64,000 bases of DNA from Alphaproteobacteria bacterium (GCA_947481575.1 CANKGV010000007.1:11504-75503); one strand, 5' to 3'. Shown: positions 29,989-41,189, counted from the stretch's first letter. Numbers and translations: made by a program. Notes: a model not told the origin generated them from the sequence alone.

Positions 29989-30936
29989 TCACGGCTCTAG
30001 GCCCACAAGCGAACGAGCGAACTCCGTAGCGCGGAATGGCTGCAGGTCATCGACCCCTTCGCCAACTCCAATGAAGTACACGGGCAAACCGAATTCTTCC
30101 GCAATCGCCACCAACATGCCGCCGCGCGCCGTGCCGTCGAGTTTGGCCATGACCAGCCCCGAGACCTCGGCGATCCCGCGGAATACTTCGACCTGCGAAC
30201 GGGCGTTCTGGCCGGTGGTGGCGTCCAAGACCAGCAGCACCGCGTGCGGCGCCGTCGTGTCGAGCTTGTGCAGCACGCGTACGATCTTGGCCAACTCCGC
30301 CATCAGATCCGCCTTGTTCTGCAGGCGCCCGGCGGTGTCGATCAGCAGCACATCGGCCTTGGCCTCGCGGGCCTTTTGTAAGGCCGTGAAAGCCAAGCCG
30401 GCGGCGTCAGCGCCGGGCGCATCCGCCACTACTTCGGCACCGGCGCGCTCACCCCACACGCGCAATTGCTCGATGGCAGCGGCCCGGAACGTGTCACCGG
30501 CCGCAATCATGACTTTGCGTCCTTCACCCCGCATGCGGGCGGCGAGCTTGCCGATCGTGGTGGTCTTGCCAGTGCCGTTCACGCCCACGACCAGCAGCAC
30601 AAACGGCTTGGCGGCGGTCAGGTCCAGGGCTCGCTCGGCCGGGGCCAAGACCCCCGCGATTTCTTCGGCCAGCGCCTCGCGCAGTTCCACCGGCGTGAGC
30701 TCACGCCCCATGCGGGTGTCGCCAAGGCGCTTGGTGATACGACCCGCAACCCGCACTCCCAGGTCGGCAGCGACCAGTTGATCTTCGAGTTCTTGGAGTG
30801 TGGCGCGGTCAATCTTGCGGCCGCCCAGTAGACCGGCGATGCCACCGCCCAGGGCCCCCGCTGTCTTGCTTAGGCCGGTGCGGAGCCGCGCCAGCCACCC
30901 CAGTGCCGGCGCAGACCCCGTCGTGCTGCCGGTCAT
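29989..30936 (-). CDS. ftsY: SRP receptor FtsY
   Basis: GVNGTGKTTTIGK, DTFRAAA, DTAGRLQ, KLDGTARGG; ATGA overlap with mtaB. Confidence 0.96.
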   Translation of the reverse strand: MTGSTTGSAPALGWLARLRTGLSKTAGALGGGIAGLLGGRKIDRATLQELEDQLVAADLGVRVAGRITKRLGDTRMGRELTPVELREALAEEIAGVLAPAERALDLTAAKPFVLLVVGVNGTGKTTTIGKLAARMRGEGRKVMIAAGDTFRAAAIEQLRVWGERAGAEVVADAPGADAAGLAFTALQKAREAKADVLLIDTAGRLQNKADLMAELAKIVRVLHKLDTTAPHAVLLVLDATTGQNARSQVEVFRGIAEVSGLVMAKLDGTARGGMLVAIAEEFGLPVYFIGVGEGVDDLQPFRATEFARSLVGLEP

Positions 30937-32222
30937 GCCGCGCGGCCGATCAGCCGCTTGGCCTCGGCGCCCGTGTACGTTGCTGCGATTACTTGGCCGA
31001 CTAGCGGGCCCGCAGCCAGCAGAACCGGCGCGTAGTCGTCGGCCCGGCCGCACGCGCCTTCTGACGTGATCTGTTCCACCAGCACGGTCGAGTGCCTGCC
31101 TATCTGCGCCGCCAGCTGCGCGGCCAGCGCCCGGTCGCCCTTGGCGCGCAGGCGCGCTGCGCGTTCCTTGCGCACCGCTGTGGGAACCTGGGGCATGCGC
31201 GCAGCAGCGGTACCTTGACGCGCCGAATACGGGAATACGTGGAGGTACGACAGCCCGCAGTCATCGACCATCGCCAGAGTGTTAGTGAATGCCTCTTCGG
31301 TTTCGGTCGGAAATCCCGCGATCAGGTCCGCACCGAACGCAACGTCTGGGCGCAAATCGCGGGCCCGGCGGCAGAATTCGATGGCGTCCACGCGGCTGTG
31401 GCGGCGTTTCATGCGCTTCAGCACCAGGTCATCGCCGGCCTGCAAGCTCAGGTGCAGGTGCGGCAGCAGGCGTGGCTCTTCGGCCAGTAGGTACCAGAGG
31501 TCGTCGTCGGCCTCCGCCGGGTCGATGGAGGTGAGGCGCAAGCGATCCAGTTCAGGCACGGCGGCCAACAGGCGCCGCACCAACTGACCGAGCCGCGGAT
31601 GGCCGGGCAGATCGGCGCCATACGCAGTCACGTCGACGCCGGTCAGCACAACTTCGCGAAAGCCGTTTTCGACCAAACGCCGAACCTGGGCGACGATCTC
31701 GCCCATCGCCACGCTGCGGGACGGCCCACGGCCCTGGGGAATGATGCAAAAGGTGCAGGAATGGTCGCAGCCGTTCTGTACCTGCACGAACGCTCGCACC
31801 CGGCCTTCGAAGCCTTCGACCAAGTGCGATGCAGTCTCGCGGATCGACTTGATGTCGTTGACCTGGACCCGTTCGCCGCGATCGAACGAGAGCGGATTGA
31901 GCTTTTCCGCGTTGCCGAGGACTTGGTCCACTTCCGGCATGGCCGCGAATTGGCCGGGGGTGATCTGGGCGGCGCAGCCGGTGACGACGATGCGGGTATT
32001 CGGGCGCTCGCGGCGCAGGCGGCGGATCGCTTGGCGCGCCTGGCGCTCGGCCTCGGCAGTGACGGCGCAGGTGTTGACGATGACGGTATCGGTGAGCCCG
32101 GCACCGACCGCGTTGCGGCGCAGCACCTCGGACTCAAGCGCGTTCAGGCGGCAGCCGAAGGTAACGACTTCCGGCGCAGACCCGGCCGCACCCGGGGCGG
32201 AAACGCTAGTGTTTGTGCCCAT
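30933..32222 (-). CDS. mtaB: tRNA t6A37 methylthiotransferase MtaB
   Basis: TFGCRLNALES, NTCAVT, VTGCAAQ, radical SAM CDHSCTFC, HVFPYSAR. Confidence 0.93.
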   Translation of the reverse strand: MGTNTSVSAPGAAGSAPEVVTFGCRLNALESEVLRRNAVGAGLTDTVIVNTCAVTAEAERQARQAIRRLRRERPNTRIVVTGCAAQITPGQFAAMPEVDQVLGNAEKLNPLSFDRGERVQVNDIKSIRETASHLVEGFEGRVRAFVQVQNGCDHSCTFCIIPQGRGPSRSVAMGEIVAQVRRLVENGFREVVLTGVDVTAYGADLPGHPRLGQLVRRLLAAVPELDRLRLTSIDPAEADDDLWYLLAEEPRLLPHLHLSLQAGDDLVLKRMKRRHSRVDAIEFCRRARDLRPDVAFGADLIAGFPTETEEAFTNTLAMVDDCGLSYLHVFPYSARQGTAAARMPQVPTAVRKERAARLRAKGDRALAAQLAAQIGRHSTVLVEQITSEGACGRADDYAPVLLAAGPLVGQVIAATYTGAEAKRLIGRAA

Positions 32223-33237
32223 GGCCGTGATCGTGGCCGTGGCCGTGGTGGTCATGGTCATGATCGTGGTCATGACCATCGTCCTGCAGCGGGGCCACGG
32301 CCGACTTAGGAGCGTGGCCAGCGCCGCCCTGGGCGCGCTGGCGTTCGTTGGTCTCTTCGGCGCGCATGCTCGCCATCAGACCGCGCACGATGTCGTGCAT
32401 GTCATACGTGCCGGCATAGGCAAACGTCGCCGGGCCGGTGAGCAGGATGTGGTTGTCCTCGCGCCACAGCACGCCGAGCGCGCCGCCGGCCAGTTCGACC
32501 ACCGCCGACCGGCCCATCGCGCCGCTCCGGTTGGCTGCCACCAGGGCGGCACACGCGGCAGTGCCGCAGGCCTTGGTTTCGCCCGCGCCGCGTTCCCATA
32601 CGCGCAACTGAATTTCGTCTGGGCCGGTAATCTTGGCTAGGCTCACGTTGGTGCGTTCCGGGAACAGCGGGTGGTTTTCCAGCATGGGGCCGATCGTAGC
32701 CAGATCGACCGCCCATGGGTTCTTCACCAGAAACACAATGTGCGGGTTACCGACGTTGACCCCCACGGCACCCCACAGCAGCGGGTCGCCGTTGGGGTCG
32801 TTGGGATTGGCCACCTCAAGCTTGAGGTCGAGAGTGTCGCGCTCTTCCGATAGCGGAATGTCGCGCCAGCCGGTGCGGACCTCACCCATATCGACGGTGA
32901 TCATGCCGCCGCCGCCATCGAAGGCGCCCAGCACACCGGCCTTGGTTTCGATGGTGCACTTGCTGGTCTTCCGCTCGTGCATGATCAGCTGGCCGACGCA
33001 GCGCGAGGCGTTGCCGCAGGCGGAAATCTCGCTGCCGTCCTGGTTGAAGAGCTGCATGAAGACGTCCGCCTTGGTCGAAGGCTTCATGACTACGATCTGG
33101 TCGCAGCCGATGCCGACGTGGCGGTCGCCCACCGCGCGGACCTCGATCGGGTCCAGGTCGAGGGGAGTCTGGCGGGCGTCGAACACGACAAAGTCGTTGC
33201 CGAGGCCGTGCATCTTCATGAATACGCGATCGGTCAT
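32206..33237 (-). CDS. dapF: Diaminopimelate epimerase with long His-rich C-terminal extension
   Basis: KMHGLGNDF, ACGNASRC, VGNPH, WERGAGETKACGT. Confidence 0.95.
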   Translation of the reverse strand: MTDRVFMKMHGLGNDFVVFDARQTPLDLDPIEVRAVGDRHVGIGCDQIVVMKPSTKADVFMQLFNQDGSEISACGNASRCVGQLIMHERKTSKCTIETKAGVLGAFDGGGGMITVDMGEVRTGWRDIPLSEERDTLDLKLEVANPNDPNGDPLLWGAVGVNVGNPHIVFLVKNPWAVDLATIGPMLENHPLFPERTNVSLAKITGPDEIQLRVWERGAGETKACGTAACAALVAANRSGAMGRSAVVELAGGALGVLWREDNHILLTGPATFAYAGTYDMHDIVRGLMASMRAEETNERQRAQGGAGHAPKSAVAPLQDDGHDHDHDHDHHGHGHDHGHGHKH

Positions 33238-33244
33238 GGTGGGC

Positions 33245-33275
33245 GTTATATAGGGGTGACCGGGTATCCCGTAAA
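33245..33275 (-). promoter_or_regulatory. Sigma70-like promoter of dapF-mtaB-ftsY (probably a leaderless mRNA)
   Basis: TTTACG-N17-TATATA ending 9 nt before the dapF ATG; no SD visible. Confidence 0.5.
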
Positions 33276-33284
33276 GCGCTGCGG

Positions 33285-33315
33285 CTTGACCCTTGGGCTT
33301 GGGCGCGCCTACATT
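33285..33315 (+). promoter_or_regulatory. Promoter of the ffh-rpsP operon
   Basis: CTTGAC-N18-CTACAT, close to the alphaproteobacterial housekeeping consensus. Confidence 0.55.
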
Positions 33316-33329
33316 CCCGCCGATTTCGG

Positions 33330-33418
33330 TACGCTTTTGTGCCTGATGCCCCGAGGGGCGCCGCCAGTCCGCGAGTATTCGCGCGCTGGCGCTTCAATCG
33401 TTTGGGAAGCCGCAACCC
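33330..33418 (+). ncRNA. Probable ffh leader RNA (alphaproteobacterial ffh 5'-UTR motif)
   Basis: GC-rich hairpins GCCCC-GA-GGGGC and GCCAG..CGCGA-GTAT-TCGCG..CTGGC in the ffh 5' UTR. A conserved ffh leader motif is known at this position; the match was not computed. Confidence 0.5.
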
Positions 33419-34786
33419 TTGTTCGACACGCTAAGCGCCCGTCTGGGTCAGGTCTTCGACAAGCTGCGCGGGCGCGGTGCGCTCAGCGAAGGCGACGTCG
33501 ACGAGGCCCTGCGTGAAGTGCGGGTGGCGCTGCTGGAAGCCGACGTTGCGCTGCCGGTTGTGAAGGATTTCTTGGCGCAGGTCCGCGAGCACGCGGTTGG
33601 CCAGGAAGTGATCCGTTCGGTCGCCCCGGCGCAGATGGTCATCAAGATCGTCTACGACCATCTGGTGAGTACCCTCGGCAGCGAAGCCGCGGGCATCAAC
33701 TTGGCGGCGCAACCGCCGGTGCCCGTATTGATGGTTGGCTTGCAGGGTTCCGGCAAGACCACGACCACCGCCAAGCTCGCGCTGCGTTTGCAGAACGAGA
33801 ACAAGAAGAAGGTGATGATGGCGTCGCTCGACGTCCATCGCCCCGCCGCCCAGGAGCAGTTGCGTGTCCTTGGCGAGCAGGCCGGCGTTGTCACCCTGCC
33901 GGTGATCGCCGGTCAGCAGCCGGTCGACATCGCCAAGCGTGCCATGGACGCTGCCCGTCTGCGCGGGTTCGACGTGGTGCTGCTAGATACCGCCGGGCGC
34001 CTCTCGATCGACGAAGCGTTGATGGCGGAAGCTTCGCTGGTGCGCACGGCCGTTCGCCCGTCTGAAGTATTGCTGGTCGCGGATGCGCTGACCGGCCAGG
34101 ACGCTGTCACTACCGCGAAGGCATTCCACGCCCGGCTCGGCGTCACCGGCATCGTGCTGACCCGCGTCGATGGCGACTCCCGCGGCGGCGCCGCGCTGTC
34201 GATGCGCGCGGTTACCGGCGTGCCGATCAAGTTCCTCGGCGCCGGTGAAAAGCTGGATGCGCTGGAGCCGTTCTACCCGGACCGCATCGCCTCCCGCATT
34301 TTGGGGATGGGCGACATCGTCAGCCTGGTCGAAAAGGCCAAGGCAACGATCGACGAAGACGACGCGAAGAAGATGGAAGCCAAGCTGCTTGCCGGCAGCT
34401 TCGACATGGACGACTACGCCTCGCAAATCAAACAGATGCGCAAGATGGGCGGCCTCGACGGCGTGATGGCGATGTTGCCCGGCGTTGCCAAGGCCAAGGC
34501 GCAACTCGCCGCCGCCAACATCGACGACAAGCTGCTGGCGCGCCAGTTGGCGATCATCCAATCGATGACCAAGGAAGAACGCCGCAAGGTGAAGATCCTC
34601 GACGCCTCGCGCCGCCGCCGCATCGCCGAAGGCTCCGGCACCTCGGTGCCGGAAGTGAACAAGGTGCTGAAGCAGCATCGGACCATGGCCGACATGGTGA
34701 AGAAGATTGGCAAGCTGGGCCCCAAGGGATTGGCGCGCCACGGCTTGCCCGGGTTCCCCGGCACTGCCGGGTTCGGACGTAACTAG
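33419..34786 (+). CDS. ffh: Signal recognition particle protein Ffh
   Basis: ALLEADVALPVV, GLQGSGKTTT, DTAGRL, SMTKEER; TTG start. Confidence 0.97.
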   Translation: MFDTLSARLGQVFDKLRGRGALSEGDVDEALREVRVALLEADVALPVVKDFLAQVREHAVGQEVIRSVAPAQMVIKIVYDHLVSTLGSEAAGINLAAQPPVPVLMVGLQGSGKTTTTAKLALRLQNENKKKVMMASLDVHRPAAQEQLRVLGEQAGVVTLPVIAGQQPVDIAKRAMDAARLRGFDVVLLDTAGRLSIDEALMAEASLVRTAVRPSEVLLVADALTGQDAVTTAKAFHARLGVTGIVLTRVDGDSRGGAALSMRAVTGVPIKFLGAGEKLDALEPFYPDRIASRILGMGDIVSLVEKAKATIDEDDAKKMEAKLLAGSFDMDDYASQIKQMRKMGGLDGVMAMLPGVAKAKAQLAAANIDDKLLARQLAIIQSMTKEERRKVKILDASRRRRIAEGSGTSVPEVNKVLKQHRTMADMVKKIGKLGPKGLARHGLPGFPGTAGFGRN

Positions 34787-34801
34787 GAGAAGGAAGACGA
34801 C

Positions 34802-35173
34802 ATGGCGTTGAAGATCCGGATGTCGCGCGTCGGCGCGAAGAAGCGGCCGCAGTACCGCATCGTGGTGGCGGACGCTCGTTCGCCCCGCGACGGCAAGTTC
34901 CTGGAAAAGGTCGGGACCTACAACCCGATGCTGAAGGCAGATGACGCTGGCCGCGTGCTGCTCAACGAAGAGCGCATCAAGTACTGGCTGTCGAACGGGG
35001 CGACCCCGTCTGAGCGCGTAGCGAAGTTCCTCGGCGCGGCCAAGATCATCGCCATGCCGGAGAACCGCAAGAGCGTCCAAAAGGCCCAGCCCAAGGCGAA
35101 GGCCCAGGAGCGCGCCAAGGCCGCAGCCGATGCCGCCGCCAAGGCGTCGGCCGAGCCGCCCGCCCAGAGCTAA
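34802..35173 (+). CDS. rpsP: 30S ribosomal protein S16
   Basis: [39 protein letters not shown]. Confidence 0.98.
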   Translation: MALKIRMSRVGAKKRPQYRIVVADARSPRDGKFLEKVGTYNPMLKADDAGRVLLNEERIKYWLSNGATPSERVAKFLGAAKIIAMPENRKSVQKAQPKAKAQERAKAAADAAAKASAEPPAQS

Positions 35174-35191
35174 CCTCTGCCCTCTCCGGCG

Positions 35192-35698
35192 ATGACAGGG
35201 CGTGGGCGCCGGGTGTGCTTGGCTCGCATCGCCGGTTCACACGGGCTGCGCGGCGAGGTGCGCATCGACTCGTTCACGGAGGTGCCGGAGGACTTCGCGT
35301 CCTACGGCACCCTCACCGATGCGTCGGGCGCCATCGAATACAAGGTTAAAGGCCTGCGCGATGGAACGCGCGGGCTGATCGCCCGGATCGATGGCGTGAA
35401 CGACCGCACCCAGGCCGACCTGATGCGCGGCACTGAGTTGTTCGTGCTGCGCGAACAGCTGCCGGAGCCGGACGAGGACGGCGAGTACTACCATGAAGAC
35501 CTGATCGGCCTGCGCGTAGACCGCCCGGACGGTACCCAAGAAGGCACGGTCCATGCGGTCCACAACTTCGGCGCCGGCGACCTGCTCGAGATTGCTCGCC
35601 CGGGCACGAGTTCACGGCTTGTTCCCTTTACCGATGAAGCCGTGCCGGTCGTGGACCTAGCCGGTCGCCGGGTCGTGGTGGACTACCCCGATGACTGA
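35192..35698 (+). CDS. rimM: Ribosome maturation factor RimM
   Basis: [32 protein letters not shown]. Confidence 0.95.
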   Translation: MTGRGRRVCLARIAGSHGLRGEVRIDSFTEVPEDFASYGTLTDASGAIEYKVKGLRDGTRGLIARIDGVNDRTQADLMRGTELFVLREQLPEPDEDGEYYHEDLIGLRVDRPDGTQEGTVHAVHNFGAGDLLEIARPGTSSRLVPFTDEAVPVVDLAGRRVVVDYPDD

Positions 35699-36404
35699 GC
35701 CCTGGGCGGCGACCGTTCTCACGCTGTTTCCGGAGATGTTTCCGGGTCCGCTGGGCCTCTCGTTGGCCGGAACGGCCCTGGCGAACCGCCTGTGGGCATT
35801 GGAAACGGTGGACATCCGGGCGTTCGCGAGCGATAAACACGCCACCGTCGATGATGCGCCGTTTGGTGGCGGTCCCGGCATGGTAATGCGTGCGGACGTG
35901 CTGGCGGCAGCGTTGGATGCCGTGCAGGCGCGATCGAAGGTGAGTGTGCCGGCGATTTATCTGTCGCCCCGCGGTCCGCGTCTGGACCAGCGCCGGGTGC
36001 AATCGTTGGCGGAAGGCCCAGGCGTAACCCTGGTCTGCGGGCGGTTTGAGGGCGTCGACGAGCGCGTCCTTGCGGCCCGGGGGCTGGAGGAGTTGAGCCT
36101 CGGCGATTTTGTTTTGTCCGGCGGCGAACCCGCTGCGATCGCAACGCTAGACGCGGTCGTGCGCTTGCTACCGGGAGTGATGGGCGACGCGGCCTCGCCG
36201 GTGGAAGAAAGTTTCGAACGGGGGTTGTTGGAATACCCCCACTACACCCGGCCGCGGGTGTGGGAAGGCCGCGAAGTTCCGGAGGTCCTGCTGTCGGGCA
36301 ACCACCAGCAGATTCGAAACTGGCGCCAGTCGGAAGCAGAACGGGTTACGCGCGAACGCAGGGATGATCTCTGGCGCGCTTATCAGTCGAAGGCCAAGCA
36401 GTAA
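35691..36404 (+). CDS. trmD: tRNA (guanine37-N1)-methyltransferase
   Basis: [40 protein letters not shown]. Confidence 0.97.
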   Translation: MTEPWAATVLTLFPEMFPGPLGLSLAGTALANRLWALETVDIRAFASDKHATVDDAPFGGGPGMVMRADVLAAALDAVQARSKVSVPAIYLSPRGPRLDQRRVQSLAEGPGVTLVCGRFEGVDERVLAARGLEELSLGDFVLSGGEPAAIATLDAVVRLLPGVMGDAASPVEESFERGLLEYPHYTRPRVWEGREVPEVLLSGNHQQIRNWRQSEAERVTRERRDDLWRAYQSKAKQ

Positions 36405-36415
36405 GGAACAAGTCG

Positions 36416-36805
36416 ATGAACGTCCTGGAAGAGTTCAACAAGCGCCAAACCGACAAGCTGGTGGCCGCGCGCGCCGTGCCGGAGTTCGCTCCTGGCGACA
36501 CCCTGCGCGTCAGCGTCCGCATCGTCGAAGGCGAGCGCGAGCGTACCCAGGCGTTTGAAGGCGTGTGCATCCTGCGCCGCAACCGCGGCCTGCACTCCTC
36601 GTTCGCGGTGCGCAAGATTTCGTACGGCGAAGGCGTGGAACGCAACTTCCCGCTGTACTCGCCGGCACTCGCCGGGATCGAAGTTGTCCGCCGCGGCGAA
36701 GTCCGCCGCGCCAAGCTCTATTACCTCCGCGGCCTGTCCGGCAAACGCGCCCGTATTCGCGAGAAGCAGGACAACCGCGACGAAGGCACTACCGCCCAGG
36801 AGTAA
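36416..36805 (+). CDS. rplS: 50S ribosomal protein L19
   Basis: [29 protein letters not shown]. Confidence 0.98.
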   Translation: MNVLEEFNKRQTDKLVAARAVPEFAPGDTLRVSVRIVEGERERTQAFEGVCILRRNRGLHSSFAVRKISYGEGVERNFPLYSPALAGIEVVRRGEVRRAKLYYLRGLSGKRARIREKQDNRDEGTTAQE

Positions 36806-36879
36806 CCCCCGGGCCCCAGTAACCGTCGAACCCAATCGGGAGCGGTCCACAGGGGCCCGCCACCCGAGAGTTGGCCGCC

Positions 36880-38301
36880 ATGGCACAGAATCGCCCGTTG
36901 GCCCGCACGTTGTTCGACAAGATCTGGGACAGTCACGTCGTCTCTGCGGCGGCGGACGGGACCACGGTCCTGTACGTCGACCGCCATCTGGTCCACGAAG
37001 TCACCAGCCCGCAGGCGTTTGAAGGCCTGCGGCTGGCGGGGCGCAACGTACGCCGCCCCGACGCGACGCTCGCCGTCGCCGACCACAACGTCCCGACCAC
37101 CGACCGCGCCCACGGCATCAAAGATCCGGAATCGCGGATCCAGGTCCAGACGCTCGCCGACAACTGCGCCGAATTCGGCATCGAGTACTTCTCGATGGCC
37201 GATGTGCGGCAAGGGATCGTCCACATTGTCGGGCCTGAGCAGGGGATGACCCAGCCGGGCATGACCATCGTGTGCGGCGATTCCCACACCGCGACCCATG
37301 GCGCGTTCGGCGCGCTGGCGTTCGGCATCGGCACGTCGGAAGTCGAGCACACCCTGGCGACCCAAACGCTGGTGCAGAAGCGCGCGAAGACGCTGCGCAT
37401 CTCGGTCGATGGCGCCCTCGGCACCGGTGTCACGGCGAAGGATGTGATCCTCGCGATCATCGGCCGCATCGGCACCGCTGGTGCCACCGGCCACGTCATC
37501 GAATACGCCGGCTCGGTATTCCGCGGCCTCTCCATGGCCGGCCGCATGACCGTCTGCAATATGTCGATCGAGGCGGGCGCCCGCGCCGGCCTGATCGCGC
37601 CCGACGACACGACCTTCCAGTACCTGTCCGGCCGCCCGATGGCGCCCCAGGGCGCCGCGTTCGACCGCGCCGTGTCCTATTGGCGCACCCTGCCGTCCGA
37701 CGCGGATGCCAAGTTCGACCGCGACGTGTCGCTCACCGCCGCCGACATCGCACCGCAGGTCACTTGGGGTACCAGTCCCGAAGACGTGGTAGCGATCACC
37801 GGCGCCGTGCCGGATCCGTCCAAGGAAGCGGACGCCGGCAAACGCGCCAAGATGATCCGCTCGCTGGAATACATGGACCTCAAGCCCGGCACGGCGATGA
37901 CGGCGATTCCGGTGAGCCGGGTATTCATTGGCAGTTGCACCAACGCGCGCATCGAAGACCTGCGCGCCGCCGCCGCCGTCGCCAAGGACCGCCGAGTCGC
38001 CAACGGCGTCAGCGCCATGGTGGTACCCGGGTCCGGTCTAGTGAAGGCCCAGGCGGAAGCTGAAGGCTTGGACAAGATTTTCCTGGCCGCCGGCTTCGAA
38101 TGGCGCGAGCCCGGGTGCTCCATGTGCCTAGCAATGAACGCCGATCGTTTGGAGCCGGGCGAACGCTGCGCGTCCACCTCCAACCGCAACTTCGAAGGCC
38201 GCCAGGGCCGCGGCGGCCGCACCCACCTGATGGGTCCGGAAATGGCCACGGCCGCTGCCGTAACCGGCACGCTCGCCGACGTTCGCGCGCTGCGCCGCTA
38301 A
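36880..38301 (+). CDS. leuC: 3-isopropylmalate dehydratase large subunit
   Basis: [43 protein letters not shown]. Confidence 0.97.
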   Translation: MAQNRPLARTLFDKIWDSHVVSAAADGTTVLYVDRHLVHEVTSPQAFEGLRLAGRNVRRPDATLAVADHNVPTTDRAHGIKDPESRIQVQTLADNCAEFGIEYFSMADVRQGIVHIVGPEQGMTQPGMTIVCGDSHTATHGAFGALAFGIGTSEVEHTLATQTLVQKRAKTLRISVDGALGTGVTAKDVILAIIGRIGTAGATGHVIEYAGSVFRGLSMAGRMTVCNMSIEAGARAGLIAPDDTTFQYLSGRPMAPQGAAFDRAVSYWRTLPSDADAKFDRDVSLTAADIAPQVTWGTSPEDVVAITGAVPDPSKEADAGKRAKMIRSLEYMDLKPGTAMTAIPVSRVFIGSCTNARIEDLRAAAAVAKDRRVANGVSAMVVPGSGLVKAQAEAEGLDKIFLAAGFEWREPGCSMCLAMNADRLEPGERCASTSNRNFEGRQGRGGRTHLMGPEMATAAAVTGTLADVRALRR

Positions 38302-38310
38302 GGAACCGCT

Positions 38311-38919
38311 ATGGACAAGTTCACCACCCTGAGCGGCCCCGCCGCACCGCTGGCGATGGTCAATGTCGACACCGACATGATCATCCCGAAGCAGTTCTTG
38401 AAGACGATCAAGCGCACGGGCTTAGGGGTCCATCTGTTCGAAGAAATGCGCCGCACGCCGGACGGCAAGGAAATCCCCGGCTTCGTGCTGAACCGCGACC
38501 CGTGGCGCAACGCGAAGATCCTGATCGCCGGCCGCAACTTCGGCTGCGGGTCATCGCGCGAGCACGCGCCGTGGGCCCTGCGCGACTTCGGCATTCGCTG
38601 CATCATCGCGCCGTCGTTCGCCGACATCTTCTTCAACAACTGCTTCCTCAACGGAATGCTGCCGATCATCCTGCCCGAGGAAGAAATCGAGAAGCTGATG
38701 AAGGACGCCGAGCGTCCTGACTCCTGGTTTACCGTCGATCTGCCCAACCAGCGCATCGTGCGGTCGAACATCGCGGTGCCGTTCACCGTCGATCCGTTCC
38801 GCAAGGATTGCTTGATCAACGGATTGGACGAGATCGGCCAGACCCTGCAGCAGGCCGCCGCTATCGGCACGTTCGAGGCGGGCCAGAAGCAAACCCAGCC
38901 CTGGTTGTACCGGGCATGA
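38311..38919 (+). CDS. leuD: 3-isopropylmalate dehydratase small subunit
   Basis: [28 protein letters not shown]. Confidence 0.97.
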   Translation: MDKFTTLSGPAAPLAMVNVDTDMIIPKQFLKTIKRTGLGVHLFEEMRRTPDGKEIPGFVLNRDPWRNAKILIAGRNFGCGSSREHAPWALRDFGIRCIIAPSFADIFFNNCFLNGMLPIILPEEEIEKLMKDAERPDSWFTVDLPNQRIVRSNIAVPFTVDPFRKDCLINGLDEIGQTLQQAAAIGTFEAGQKQTQPWLYRA

Positions 38920-40052
38920 GTGCGGCGAACTCCAAGTCCGCGTTAGGCACGATCCTGGCGCTGCCCGGCGACGGCATCGGCCCCGAAGTGGTGGCGGAAG
39001 CGCGCCGCGTCGCCGCGTGGCTGGCCGATACGCGCAGTGTCGCGTTCCAATTCATCGATGGCCTGGTGGGCGGCGCGTCCTATGAGGCGCACGGCGTCCC
39101 CCTGACCGACGAAACCATGCGCGTTGCGATGGAAGCCGATGCCGTGCTGTTGGGCGCGGTCGGCGGCCCCAAGTGGGACAAGCTGGAATTCAAGTTCAAG
39201 CCGGAGCGCGGCCTGCTGCGCCTGCGCAAGGACATGGACCTGTTCGCCAACCTGCGCCCGGCGATGGTCTACCCGGCGCTGGCCGAGGCTTCCACGTTGA
39301 AGCCCGAGATCGTCGCCGGCCTCGACATCATGATCGTCCGCGAACTCACCGGCGGGGTGTACTTCGGCGAACCGCGCGGCATCACCGACATCGGCGGCGG
39401 CAACCGCCGTGGGATCAACACCCAGGTCTACACCACCCAGGAGATTCACCGGGTGGGACGCGTCGCGTTCGACATCGCCCGTGCCCGCGGCCGCAAGGTC
39501 TGTTCGGTTGAAAAGGCCAACGTGATGGAATCGGGTCTGTTGTGGCGCGAGGAAATCACCAAGCTGCACGCGGCCGAGTTTGCCGACGTAGCCCTCAGCC
39601 ACATGTACGCGGACAACTGCGCCATGCAGCTTGTGCGCAACCCCAAGCAGTTCGACGTGATCGTCACGGACAACCTGTTCGGCGACATGCTGTCGGATGA
39701 AGCGGCACAGCTCACCGGCTCTCTCGGTATGCTGCCGTCGGCATCGCTTGGCGCCACGGACTCGTCGGGCAAGCGACGCGCCCTATACGAGCCCATCCAC
39801 GGCAGCGCGCCGGATATTGCCGGTCAAGGCATGGCCAACCCGCTGGCGACGATCCTGAGCTTCGCGATGCTGCTGCGCTATTCGTTCAACCGCGCGGTGG
39901 AAGCCGATTTGGTCGAGCAGGCGGTCGGCAACGTGCTGGAGCACGGCGTGCGCACGCGCGACATTCTGCAGCCCGGCAAGACGCTCGTGTCCACCAAGGC
40001 GATGGGCGATGCGGTGCTGGCGGAGCTGGAACGCCTGACTAAGACGCGCTGA
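38916..40052 (+). CDS. leuB: 3-isopropylmalate dehydrogenase
   Basis: [39 protein letters not shown]; ATGA overlap with leuD. Confidence 0.97.
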   Translation: MSAANSKSALGTILALPGDGIGPEVVAEARRVAAWLADTRSVAFQFIDGLVGGASYEAHGVPLTDETMRVAMEADAVLLGAVGGPKWDKLEFKFKPERGLLRLRKDMDLFANLRPAMVYPALAEASTLKPEIVAGLDIMIVRELTGGVYFGEPRGITDIGGGNRRGINTQVYTTQEIHRVGRVAFDIARARGRKVCSVEKANVMESGLLWREEITKLHAAEFADVALSHMYADNCAMQLVRNPKQFDVIVTDNLFGDMLSDEAAQLTGSLGMLPSASLGATDSSGKRRALYEPIHGSAPDIAGQGMANPLATILSFAMLLRYSFNRAVEADLVEQAVGNVLEHGVRTRDILQPGKTLVSTKAMGDAVLAELERLTKTR

Positions 40053-40143
40053 GTTCGAGCCGGCGCTGCCGCACGGACGGCCGCCGGGGACCAAGATTGC
40101 CGCGCGTGCGCGGTTTGCGCCGTACCAACGGCAGGAGAGTGCT

Positions 40144-41175
40144 ATGGGTTATCGGGTAGTGGTCGTCGGTGCGACCGGCAACGTTGGACGCGAGATGCTG
40201 AGCGTCCTGGATGAGCGCAAGTTCGAGGTATCGGACATCGCTGCGGTCGCGTCCTCGCGCTCCGTCGGCAAGGAAGTCTCGTTCGGCGATCACACCCTCA
40301 AGGTCAAAGCGCTCGACGACTTTGACTTCAAGGGCTGGGACATCGGCCTGTTCTCGCCGGGGGCATCTGTTTCCGCGATCCACGGGCCGCGCGCCGCGGC
40401 GGCGGGGTGCGTGGTGATCGACAACACGTCCCACTTCCGCATGGACCCGGACATTCCCCTGGTGGTGCCGGAAGTGAACGCGGACGCCGTAAAGATGGTC
40501 ACCAAGCGCGGCATCATCGCGAACCCGAACTGCTCCACCATCCAGATGGTAGTGGCGCTGAAGCCCCTGCACGATAAGGCCAAGATCCGCCGCATCGTCG
40601 TGTCGACGTACCAGTCCACCTCGGGCGCCGGCAACGAGGCCATGGATGAGCTGTTCAGCCAGACCAAGGGCATTTACGTCAACGACCCGATCGAGCCGAA
40701 GAAGTTCCCGAAGCAGATCGCGTTCAACGTGATTCCCCAGATCGACAAGTTTCTGGACGACGGCTACACGAAGGAAGAGTGGAAGATGGAGGTCGAGACC
40801 AAGAAGATCTTGGACCCCAAGATTCTGGTGACCGCCACGTGCGTGCGCGTACCCACGTTCATCAGCCACGCCGAGTCGATCAATGTCGAATTCCACAGCC
40901 CAATGTCGGCCGCCGACGCTCGCGCGATTCTGCGCGAGGCCCCCGGCGTCATGGTGTTGGACGAGCACGAGCCCGGCGGCTATGCCACGCCGGTGGACGC
41001 CGCGGGTGAATCCGCAACATTCGTGAGCCGCATCCGCGACGACCACACGGTCGAGAACGGCCTCAACCTGTGGGTGGTCGCCGACAACCTGCGCAAGGGC
41101 GCCGCTCTCAACGCAGTGCAGATCGCCGAGCTGCTGGTCAACCGCAAGTTGCTCAAGTCGCAGCGGGCCGCATAG
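40144..41175 (+). CDS. asd: Aspartate-semialdehyde dehydrogenase
   Basis: VGATGNVG, ANPNCSTIQ, STYQSTSGAG, DNLRKGAALNAVQIAE. Confidence 0.97.
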   Translation: MGYRVVVVGATGNVGREMLSVLDERKFEVSDIAAVASSRSVGKEVSFGDHTLKVKALDDFDFKGWDIGLFSPGASVSAIHGPRAAAAGCVVIDNTSHFRMDPDIPLVVPEVNADAVKMVTKRGIIANPNCSTIQMVVALKPLHDKAKIRRIVVSTYQSTSGAGNEAMDELFSQTKGIYVNDPIEPKKFPKQIAFNVIPQIDKFLDDGYTKEEWKMEVETKKILDPKILVTATCVRVPTFISHAESINVEFHSPMSAADARAILREAPGVMVLDEHEPGGYATPVDAAGESATFVSRIRDDHTVENGLNLWVVADNLRKGAALNAVQIAELLVNRKLLKSQRAA

Positions 41176-41189
41176 CCGAAACGCCGGCG

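Noticed and set aside
32210-32285. Short tandem GTGGCC/GTCATG-like repeats as a CRISPR array or contingency microsatellite
   Set aside because: Imperfect 6-nt periodicity explained by His-Asp/His-Gly codons of the DapF tail; no spacers or cas genes.
36806-36879. Leucine attenuator or leader peptide before leuC
   Set aside because: Only a loose GC stem; no Leu-rich leader ORF or U-tract; rplS-leuC adjacency is common.
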